A stretch of DNA of 57,859 nucleotides, the filler included, from Jimgerdemannia flammicorona (lineage: Eukaryota): the NCBI GenBank assembly GCA_003990765.1. It is 3 parts of 3 records of this genome, joined end to end, with 100 filler letters (N's around TTAATTAATTAA, not from the genome) between each part and the next. Parts side by side here need not be neighbours in the genome. Positions count along the whole stretch, not along the records: positions 38,644 to 57,859 come from RBNJ01001998.1; 2 more parts are not named here. One strand, given 5' to 3'. How positions within the stretch are numbered: position 1 is the first letter of the stretch; every line of letters starts with the position of its first letter. Positions 47,938-57,859 of this stretch are shown here, one piece after another. The position numbers were made by a program, and so were the translations under genes. The notes beneath the pieces are model-generated. The model saw only the letters and a program-made list of their open reading frames with translations, did no database searches and had not been told where the DNA came from.

Positions 47938-49395
47938 TTACACTAGAGAAGATCGAAAGATCCATAAAGATTTACTAACCTTCCCCGTATCGATCATACG
48001 GTAAACAGACGTTGCAGAGATATTACAGAATTTTGCAGCGGCTGTGATTGTAGGAAAAGTACCAACATATTCATTGTTGTGCGTATACACATAGACTGCT
48101 TTACTTAGATGATGATAACTCCCTGACATTTTTGCTAGCGTCTCTGGGGAATGTTTGAACCCTAAGCTCGATTCTGCCATAGAAAGAATGTTATAATAAG
48201 GGTGGAAAGTATCTAACGCTAGTTGTTCAAGAGTTAATAGTTGTTCCCGAGAACAAAAGCAAAGAATTGAGAACGTAAAAGCGGATAGCGAATACTTCAA
48301 GAGAGCGTTCTGTAAAAGAATATTCGAACTACCACCGTACAAATGTTGATGCAATCTTCTCGCCAAATCAACAGAGCTACCAATATACTGGTGCTCATTC
48401 AGCTGATTAGTAAAAGCGTAGATCCCTGTTTGGCCTCTCAGCTCCGCCTTAATAGCCGAATAGTTTTCGAGAATATCCGAATATACAGTAGGGTTTGAAA
48501 AAGGATCATTAAGAGGGGTTCCTTCACACATTACATTATTAAAGAAAAAATCCATGATTGTTTGAACATCGATATCCAAAAATAATGAGGGGGAGGCGGG
48601 AGAACCCCACCAATAAATAGTAATGAATAAAAATAGCCAGACAACATCTACAAAATGTCAGTAAAGAATCGCCATTTCAAACCCTTCATGATGATGGTTT
48701 GTTAAATGATATGATAAAATTCTGAAAAGGCATACAATTAAGAATGCCGTACCAATAATGACGTGAATTCCATGAAGCCCGGTTGTCATATAAAAAGTAG
48801 AGCCATATACTCCATCTGAAATAGTAAATGATGCATTATAGTACTCATAGGCTTGTAGAGCTGTAAAAATCGCAGCCAAGAAAATAGTAATAAATAAACC
48901 AAAAATAGTACCTTTTCTAGTCCCAGCGATCAGACAATGATGTGAATAAGTTAAGGTGGCTCCTGAGCTTAATAATAATACGGTGTTTAATAAAGGGACT
49001 TCAAATGGATTTAACGATTCGATACCTGCGGGTGGTCACATGCACCCTAACTCTACAGTTGGGGCTAAAGATGAATGGAAGAAAGCCCAAAAAAAACTAA
49101 TGAAAAAGAATACCTCTGATACAATGAAAAGTAAAAAGCCTAATTGTAGACCACGTCTAACCTGCAGTGTATGGTGCCCTTGGAAAGTTCCTTCTCTACT
49201 AACGTCCTTTAGCCACAAAGCCATTGAACTAACTGTAGCAATAATCCCTAAAGCCAATAACAAAGGCCCGTTAGAGTAACCATGAAAACACATAACTCCA
49301 GATAAAGTAGTAGTTAATAAAGCGAACGCAACCGATAAAGGCCATGGAGATGGCTCAACTAAATGATACGGATGAGCTTGAATTGATCTAAGCAT
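47938..49395 (-). CDS. cox3: Cytochrome c oxidase subunit 3 fused in frame to a GIY-YIG endonuclease (code 4; alternative ATG at 49419)
   Basis: [12 protein letters not shown]...[19 protein letters not shown], with TGA=Trp at 49036 and 48658. No stop follows; the frame continues [12 protein letters not shown]...GIYAFTN..YIGSS to TAA at 47938. Confidence 0.95.
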
Positions 49396-50364
49396 AATAT
49401 AAACTATATAACCCATCATTTACCCAGCTGCCCCAAGAGTCTTAATAAACCCTTACCCAATCCCATATACTTGATATTAGGAGGCAGTAAGATACTACTA
49501 ATTATGGGGGATCAGTAGAATGGTGATGTATCTCTTCTTAATACCCTCCGATCAACCGAAGGTTGATGGGGGAGAGGAACTAGAATTAAAGGAATCTTAA
49601 GATAAACTATAAGAATCGCTTACTCACTTGAGGAGTGTTCTAGTACTTCCTTTTATTAATTTACAAGAATCGGTAATGCTGGCCAGCCTAGGGAAATGAA
49701 GTACTAGCTCCTCGTAAGAGGGGCGTTGGGGTTCTTTTCTTGGTCAACTTTAATAATGGAGGGTTCCTACGGACTAAAGGAAGAAAGGAGAACCACGTTC
49801 TCGCTTCGCCCCTGGAATCAGGGACAAGTGCCGATTCAGCGTGTCCAATCGGAATAGAGCTACCCTCACACAATCTAAGGTTCATGGAACTCAAGAGAAT
49901 GGGAGGGTATGGAGAGTTGGGTTGTCCTTCTGTCTTTGTGTATGTGTGTTGTATGTGTGTTTAGATTTGGTTATTATTGTATATTCTGTGAGGTATCAGT
50001 CCCCCATATTAACGGCCGGCCGGCCGGCCGGTTGATCATTCGATCTACCTTAACGATGGGAGGGTTAGTGGAGTAGGGTATGCTTCAGAGGGAGTCGTCG
50101 TTTGCTCCATTTCTGGGGCTCGTCGTGCCGCGTGATCGATCATGTTGACCATGGAAGCCTCCTCAATGAGAAAACAGGTCGTGTGAACATCGAACGAACT
50201 GGGGAAGCGAGCAATAGGAGGATATACATAGGGGTACGACGTGGTCGAGCTTTATTCTGTGAATGCTCCGGATGACATGGGAGTCTGTTGTCCCGTTGGG
50301 GTTGGTTGGTAGGATGGGGAGAGGTTTGTTAGTTGTGAATGAAAGAAAAGGGATTTTGTGTATA

Positions 50365-50436
50365 GGTGAGGTAAGGAGTCGAACCTTAATAATCAGATTA
50401 TAACAATCGGATGCTTTGCCTGTTAAGCTACCCACC
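50365..50436 (-). pseudogene. Degenerate tRNA, probably Asn(GTT)
   Basis: D and T arms intact. The anticodon loop is 9 nt (TTGTTATAA), the stem has a mismatch, and the acceptor lacks one base. Confidence 0.55.
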
Positions 50437-51324
50437 TAGAGGGTAACCCCCTTACCCTCGACCACAATGTCCTTATTTTTGCCTATTTTCTTACCCAAAG
50501 TAGGCCGGCCCGGGGGTGAGTGGGGTGAAACCCTACTACTTTTAAGCACCTTCGCCAAAACGGCTTCAGTTTCTCGTGTATAATCCTTGTGTTTAAGGTT
50601 TTGCCTACAGCGCTTTGGTATAGCCATACCCTACAGCACAAATACGACCTTCCTTACAACACCTTATTACTCCTCAAAGGCCTTAATAATACGGTTTCAT
50701 TAAACTCAGGGTTATGAAAGGTGCTGTTACCATGCCCCTGGGTTTATCGTCTTATTTTAGTAAGAACGGGTCGACTTCTCAAGAAGGGGTCAAAGTCTCA
50801 CTTTGAAGCCGGTTTCGGAGAGGGAGATTGAGCCCCCAGATAGGGCTCAACTCGCCCGGGAGTGGAGCGACCTCCCACAAGCCTCAGCTTACTACAATCG
50901 GATAGAGCTTCGGGAGTTCTGCGACCACAATGTTCTGTCCTGTCTACTTTGTAGACGCAGAGGGGTCTGGGGATTCTTCCCCAGGTCCTTTGGGTATCAC
51001 CCGGTTTAAGACCCTAAGATTAAAGATGGCTGGGCCTAAGCCCGATTAACGGTCTTGGAGCGAACCAGGCGTTGTGGGGTATACAGAGGCGGCCATTTTG
51101 CTTGATTGTTAGTACATTTGAGATACAGTCTGATTTAAGCCACGTTTTAAGTGCTATATACATAGGTCACATTCGTCCATCACCTCAAGGTTACGGGACA
51201 TTTTCTTACGTAAGCAAAACACTATCGGGACTTTATCGAGTTCGAAAAATATATATTTATATATATTTTTTAATTTTTATATTATATATAAAAATCGATT
51301 TCAACCCCCCCCCCGTAGGGGGGC

Positions 51325-51622
51325 GGGCCAGCCGTGGCGCCTCTAACCAGGGTACAACAATCTTTGTGAACCAGATTCGGCACGGTCGCATGGTTGGTTT
51401 GTGGCCCCCGGAGGACTCCCCTCGGAGTGTTCCGAGGGGGCCCCCCTGGGGTTTAAAACAAACCAGCCTAGCGCCGTGTCTGCCTATAAATATGCTGCAC
51501 GGTCGCATGGTTGGTTTGTGGCCCCCGGGAGGACTCCCCTCGGAGTGTTCCGAGGGGGTTGCCCCCCCCCTAAAGGGGGGGGGCTAGTTAAACAAACCAG
51601 CCTAGCGCCTTCCGCCGGGGCC
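51325..51622. repeat. Two large TAG-delimited double-hairpin modules
   Basis: CACGGTCGCAT-GGTTGGTTTG...AAACAAACCAGC-CTAG occurs twice. Confidence 0.85.
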
Positions 51623-52004
51623 AGTAATTAAATTAACCAAAGTTGCCTCTGCCTGAGTACTTTCAACACCCCATTACTCAGTTTAACGTAATTCTCGCAC
51701 GCTTGATCATTGTCTGCTTGTTGAGAATTTTCCTTTACTTATATATCTTATCTCTTATACATATATTACACACATTTACTTATATCTTATCTCTTACACA
51801 TTATATTATAATGTCTTACTTCAACCTAGCTCTACCTTCGAGTCCCACGCTTCGAACCATGTCTGCTTGTGGATTCGATTCCTTCTCTTCTATGTTTTTA
51901 TATGGCCGGAGTCATTGTTACCGGAGCTTAGAATATAGAGACCTTCAAAGGGCTAGAAGCCACGAGCTGAGGGCCGGGCCTAGAAAAAAAACTAGTTAAT
52001 CTAA

Positions 52005-52053
52005 CCCACGGGGGGCAAGCGTCTAGCGCCGTCCCTCCCGTGGGCCCCGCGGG
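52005..52053. repeat. Empty host hairpin element (no modules)
   Basis: GGGGGCAAGCGT-CTAG-CGCCGTCCCTCCC. An inverted empty copy lies at 46755-46803. Confidence 0.9.
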
Positions 52054-52789
52054 AATATATATTTTATATATTTTCGATAGATATTATATATAATATCTAT
52101 AGACGACCCCCTCCCCGTAGGGGGGGGGACCGGCGGACTTGGTCGCCCTCCGGTCCCCCCGGGGGGTAATCTGAATAATTAATTAGACTGTATATCTATA
52201 TCTTAAGTCCTGTTGGCTTAAATTACAATATACTTAGAAATTGTATTCATCCAGCAATTGAAATTGTTTTATATGTACTATGTTTATGCGAATATTTACA
52301 GTATAAACAGATTTAATGAGTCGTTAGAAGCGTTTCTCTCCTTATTCGCCCTAGGCCCCCAAGGGGCCTCGCCCCGTAGGGCCAAGCCCGACAGGGCTAG
52401 AAGGGATATAATTTAACACCATGCAAAACCATTACTCACAAACTCTTGCTACATTCACTCAATACGTGCTACCTAGATTATCTGGTGCATTGAGTAGGCA
52501 GCTACAGCTTTTATTGAAGCTGCTAATACCACTGTACTAACAATCTATCTTATAATCAGTATGCTAAGTTAACTGGTTATATTAATTCTTCCAATATTCA
52601 TGCTGCGTATAGAGCAGCATTACTTGAATTATTATCGTTTGGTCTAAATCAAGTCTAATTATGCCAATGCAACTGAACGAACATCTACTTCTGGAGGTAT
52701 TGTTTCCGGCCCCGGGGTGGCCGGCGGACTTGGTCGCCCTCCGGCCACCCCGGGGCTCTTTTATCAGGTTTAACCACAATTGTATCAAC

Positions 52790-53046
52790 CCCCTGGGGGC
52801 AAGCGTCTAGCCCCCGAGGGGCTTGTCCCGTCGGGGGTGAGTCCCCCTTGGGACTAGCGTCTTGTATTTATACAAGATGCTGAACGCAATTATTGCTTAA
52901 GCAATAAAAGCGTCTAGCCCCGCAGAGCGGCGCTCGTCCCTGAGACCCGGCTACGGGGAGGGGTGAGTCCCCTTGGGACTAGCGCCTTGGTTTTCTAATT
53001 TTTTATTTATAAAAAATTGTAATAGCGCCGTCCCTCCAGGGGGGCG
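52790..53046. repeat. Host element with four modules
   Basis: Junctions end at 52810, 52857, 52917, 52982 and 53025. Confidence 0.9.
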
Positions 53047-54796
53047 TATTTTACCTATTGCCCATGCTATTATTGAATCTAATTATGCTTTAGCTGAGTC
53101 TAATCTTGCTTTAGCTTCAGCTATTAATCTTAGAACTCAACTTGATTTGATGAATCTAACTGCACAGCCTGTAAAAACGGTTGTCGATAATTCATTAATT
53201 ATTGAAAATAATGGAACCCATGACCCTTTCATTGAAGTATCACTGGATACGAATAACCCGTTTTCTAAGGATCTAGCTAATACAGATCCATTTAATTCTC
53301 CCTCTCCATTTTGGGTTACCCCCCTAGGTAGTAACCTGCCGGGTCTAGTTCTCCGGCAGCCCCTGAGGGTTGGAGCCCTCCTGATGACGGAATTTCTCTA
53401 CTTTCACCAAACTTTTGGGATGACGGTTATTTTTGGGAATGGGATGAAGATGAAGGTGAACAATATTTTGATAGAGAAATGCCAATTCCATATGAAGGTG
53501 TTGAGTTACCAACTTTTAAGGTATTGTAATTAAAGAATCAATTCATACTAATGAATATATGTCTACGATAAAATAATATATATATTATTTTATTGAATGC
53601 CCCCCGGGAGACAAGGGGACAACGGTCCCGCCTCCCGGGGTTATTAAAATAAAATTAGATTTCCCGGGGTGGCCGGAGGGCGACCAAGTCCGCCGGCCAC
53701 CCCGGGACCGAAACCACAGTATCGGTCGCTCCGATAAATATTATATAATAATATTTATTAAAAATATATAAAGATATTTTAGATGGGAGCTCTGGTTCTC
53801 TTGCAGAGCGGGAGTTAAGTGTTACTTTAGCTGAAACTATGAAAAACCCGGATGGGACAAATACATATCCAGTACCTCCGATGATACCGAGCGAACTGTA
53901 GAAATTACGCCAGATGAAGCAGGTTTTAATTCTAAGTTATGAGCAGATATTGATTCTAGACTCTGAATCCATGAACCAGCTACAGAAGGGTTTATTTTCC
54001 CATCATGGGATCCTGTGTCTGTTTCAACAATGCCAATCCCATATGATGGTGTTGAGTTCCCGCTACAAGGTTCTGCACATTTAAACCCTATTATGGTTTT
54101 AGATTCTCCATCATCTATGGATTATGATTTCCATGAAGAGTCACTTGATTCTGCACCTTTAAAACTTACTATGAATTTACAATCTCCCCCAGATGTGGAT
54201 TATAGAGTTACTGAGGAACCACTTCTAGATCTTGATGTTCATGATGAGCTATATTTAGATCAACTGCTGCTTGCTCGGGATCCAGCTCTATGTGAACCTA
54301 ATTATGATGCTCCAATTGGGAGTTCCCCCCTCGCAACGCGAGTAGTACCTGTAGAGCCTTTAATTGAGCCGTCCCGGAATATTCTGAGTTTTTAGATTTA
54401 CCAGTCAATACACCTTCTTCGAGTGTACCGATCCCCGGGGGGACCGGCGGACTTGGTCGCCCTCCGGTCCCCCCCGGGGACTTGATACAACTTCACCATT
54501 AGATCAAGTCAATACTGAACCCCACGCCCCCCGGGAGACAAGGGGACAACGGTCCCGCCTCCCGGGGTTTATAAACAAGTTTATGACCGTCTCTATACCT
54601 AAATATAGATGCTTTAATTACGCATAAAGATTTTCAGGCCCCGGGCGCCACGGCGCTTAGTCGCTGGCCGCCCGGGTCGTATGCAAATAAAAACATACTA
54701 TTAACCCATTATACTGACATGCGTGTACAGTCGATTACAGCTTGATTCGGGGGTGCACGGGGACCCCCCGGCCATAGGTCACGGGGGGTCCCCAAC

Positions 54797-55072
54797 ATTT
54801 TTTGCGGCAAGCGACTAGCCCCCGAGGGGCTTGTCCCGTCGGGGGTGAGTCCCCCCTTGGGACTAGCGCTGTGGCGTAGGGCTTTAGCCCTAGGATACCA
54901 GCGCATGGGTCGTGTGCTATGGCACACGACTAGCGCTGTGGCGCTACGCCTCTGGCGCTGGGATACCAGCGCATGGGGTTGTTTGTTTGTTTAAACAAAC
55001 AACCTAGCCCCCGAGGGGCTTGTCCCGTCGGGGGTGAGTCCCCCTTGGGACTAGCGCCTATTGCAAAAAAAA
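54797..55072. repeat. Module array (four modules)
   Basis: CTAG junctions at ~54815, 54864, 54930, 55004 and 55051. Confidence 0.88.
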
Positions 55073-55885
55073 AGCAAGTAGTAACCATTCTTCCTAGCCT
55101 AGTTGTGGAATAACAATTGCCGCCGCCGCCGCCGCAACTATTACGGCCTTTCAGAGAGACATAGCTTAAATGGAGAACTGACTTTTTTTTTTTTTGTTTT
55201 TGTTTTTAATCAGGCGACCCCCGGGCCACGGCGCTAGTCGCTGGCCCCGGGGGTGATTATCACAAATGGAAATATTGTATACAATAACCTGATTCGATTC
55301 CAGTGAGTCTATAATATAAGTAAAGGAAGGCATGGGTAGGTATACCATGCTCCGCGCCCCTCCATTATTCGGGTTAAAAGGTTTGTTCCCAAATATACCT
55401 AAATAGCACACTATGCCCTATTCAATAACCCTATAGCTATATATTTAATCATGAATATTCATATGAGTCGCCATAACTCACTCAATCTACAATTTTTATT
55501 CTATAATTTTTTTGATTTTCATTCTATAGGTGGGTAGGTCCAAAACACACACATGTGTGTGTTTTTGATTTTTATATAAATATAAAAATAGATTCCCCTC
55601 TTAGCCGCAGATTTCCAGCCATTTTACCCGGCCGCACAAATCAAGGGGATGTTTGTGACCTCTCTAAGCCGCATATTTTAACCCATTTTCCCCACTAGTC
55701 AAAATCAAGCCATTTTTGTTTGCTGAAGGTTTTTTAACGGGGGCACCTTCTCGGGCAGCACCCTTATTCGGTTAGTGCTCACTTAACCCGGGCTTTGATG
55801 GCAGATTCCTCACTATCTCGAATTTGGCCTATAGAACCCGTGAATCCAACAAAGCCAGGATTTACGATATTCTACCCCCGGGGCT

Positions 55886-56066
55886 CCCGGCCGGAAGGCG
55901 CTAGGCTTGTTTGTTAAAACAAACGAACCCCATGCGCTGGTACCCTTGGGCTAAAGCCCTACGTCACAGCGCTAGGCTTGTTTGTTAAAAACAAACCAAC
56001 CCCATGCGCTGGTACCCTTGTTAGTTTAAACTAACAACGTCACAGCGCTAGGCTTGCCCGGCCGGA
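55886..56066. repeat. Module array (two modules)
   Basis: CTAG-GCTTGTTTG...ATGCGCTGGTACC...CACAGCG-CTAG occurs twice. Confidence 0.88.
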
Positions 56067-56644
56067 AGTTGGCCTAAATATTCGTATTTTAAATAACCAC
56101 CCTTTTAACCAATAGGGCCCCCCCCAAAAGTGTAAATGAGATAGGATATTTTACACAAGGCGTTTGAGCGGGGAAGTGCCGGCTCCAACATTACCGGAGA
56201 TTCGTGTCTATGCCGTTAAAAAGCGTTCTGGACTACCCGACTAAAGAGTATTCTAGCGAGGTAAAACTCTAAAAACAACGAGCTTTGAGACTTACACAAC
56301 GCTAGCCCTGTCGGGCTTGGCCCTACCCCTTGGGGGCCTAGAAGAAACTTGCCCCCAAGCCAATTACCTATAAATAACGGGAAAAGTGGTCTCCTTACCA
56401 TTTTAGATGGGTGGCTCCCGCCAACCTCCTCCGGAGGCCACAGAGTGTATTACAATGGTGTGGAGATTAACACTAACCATAAAATAAGTAAAAGTTTAAA
56501 TGGTTCAATATAAGAGGAGAACTATCAGGATTTATTATGTAAGAGACGGGTTGAATTTAATAAAAGAAACAATAATCTTAGATTCTCTTGTTAATAAAAG
56601 TAATAAGAATTTAAGATTCTCTTGTTAATGGTTGTTAAGTAGTA

Positions 56645-56970
56645 ATGGTTTTATTTTCTATTTTAATCCTGATTTTAGTGATCACCTTATCTTCCCTTCG
56701 GATTAACGCTATTTATTTAAAGCGGCTCTTTATACGTTACTCATTGCTGGGGTGTTAACAGGACTATTGTTAGCAGGTCCGGGCAATGGGCTATAGAGGG
56801 TTTATTCCCAGGAACCAACAATGAAATTGATGAAGGACTGCCAGTATTAACCAAATACCTCCATACAGTATTATTTACTGTATCTGGTACGAGTTGTTTA
56901 ATTTCAAGTTGGGATCTAGTTTCTATGTTCTCATCAATTGAACTTCAGAGTTTTGCTGCGTATGTTTATA
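56645..56970 (+). pseudogene. nad2: nad2 5' fragment (degenerate)
   Basis: MVLFSILILILVITLSSLRINAIY... and LISSWDLVSMFSSIELQSFAAYV. Confidence 0.8.
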
Positions 56971-57430
56971 GTTCTGTAATTTCTAAATTCACAGTACTCT
57001 GCGAAGGCACTTCAGACGAACCTAGTGTAGCTCAATTTTCTAATCTCCATTTAACTGACCAGCTAGTATCTGCGTATCAACAATTAAAGGGCCTAGCTGG
57101 TATTTATTGTTTTAAAAAATTACTGGGGCTATGTACATCGCCCCCGGCGGGCCAGCCTAGCTGAGCTTTTTCAAAGCTCAGCTTGGTGAACACAGCAAAG
57201 CTGTGTTAGCCTAGCGCCTTCCGCCGGGGGAGGATCATCTATTAATTTAGCGGTTAGAATGAGAGATCCCATCACACATACGTGTGATTGCCATCTTAAA
57301 AACGCTTTCTTAAAATATGGTTTAGCCTCGCACCGGGGTGCGCAGCCACCTCGGTGCGAGGTAACTCTCCCCTCCCCGCAAGGTCTCGAGTGGCCTCTTT
57401 TCTTTTTATTATCATTGAATATGTAGCAAA
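56971..57430 (+). pseudogene. GIY-YIG endonuclease remnant in frame with the nad2 fragment, broken by hairpin elements
   Basis: VLCEG..LKGLAGIYCF / GSSINLAVRM / LKNAFLKYGL / FLFIIIEY. Confidence 0.85.
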
Positions 57431-57480
57431 TTAATCCAGAGAGCTACCCTGGGGCAATTAGTGCTTTATTATTACTTCGT

Positions 57481-57786
57481 TTTTTTTTTGCAAGACGGCG
57501 CTAGGTTGTTTGTTTAAACAAACAAACAACCCCATGCGCTGGTATCCCAGCGCCAGAGGCGTAGCGCCACAGCGCTAGTCGTGTGCCATGGCACACGACA
57601 TGCGCCCTGCCTCCATCAGGGTATACCCATATTGCGCACAGCGCTAGTCGTGTGCCATAGCACACGACCCATGCGCTGGTATCCTTGGGCTAAAGCCCTA
57701 CGCCACAGCGCTAGTCCCAAGGGGGGGACTCACCCCCGACGGGACAAGCCCCTCGGGGGCTAGTCGCTTGCCGCAAAAAAAAAAAT
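57481..57786. repeat. Module array, inverted relative of 54797-55072
   Basis: CTAG junctions at 57501, 57575, ~57644, 57711 and 57760. Confidence 0.88.
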
Positions 57787-57859
57787 CCCGGGGCCAGCGA
57801 CGAGCGCCGTGGCCCGGGGGAGTGAGCAAATTTATTTGAATTGGCTCTTTTCACTACCT

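Noticed and set aside
49688..49894. Fourth CEG-motif endonuclease (RLCEG)
   Set aside because: No GIY-YIG motifs follow; may be chance.
50163..50435. HNH nuclease from LDHVVP
   Set aside because: Lacks the downstream Asn/His pattern and overlaps a tRNA remnant.

Overview
The window is three unrelated ~19.2-kb contigs of a fungal assembly (1-19222, 19323-38543, 38644-57859) joined by artificial N44-TTAATTAATTAA-N44 spacers. The gene style suggests an early-diverging Mucoromycota-like fungus; this is inference. Contig 1 is a heavily C>T-mutated nuclear transposon nest: three nested L1/Tx1-type LINE copies, a complete 10.56-kb Ty3/Gypsy element (1.5-kb LTRs, CTAC TSD, dUTPase, long Cys-rich insert, extra 3' ORF), a putative Tet-like 2OG-Fe(II) dioxygenase pseudogene and a hAT transposase 3' end. 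Contig 2 holds a second Gypsy family, with an ORF inside its LTR, split by a full-length 5.9-kb LINE, followed by an intact 5-exon gene for a secreted protein with two SH3b-like domains. Contig 3 is mitochondrial DNA (TGA=Trp). It has intact atp8, a full-length cox3 fused in frame to a GIY-YIG endonuclease, and three further displaced cox3 3' ends. It also has two nad2 5' fragments fused to different homing endonucleases, a group I intron, a group II domain V, a dpo fragment and four aberrant tRNA-like sequences. Finally, GC-rich hairpin elements carry variable tandem arrays of TAG-delimited hairpin modules, with both empty and filled sites visible. All family assignments come from manual translation and motif recognition; no database searches were run.
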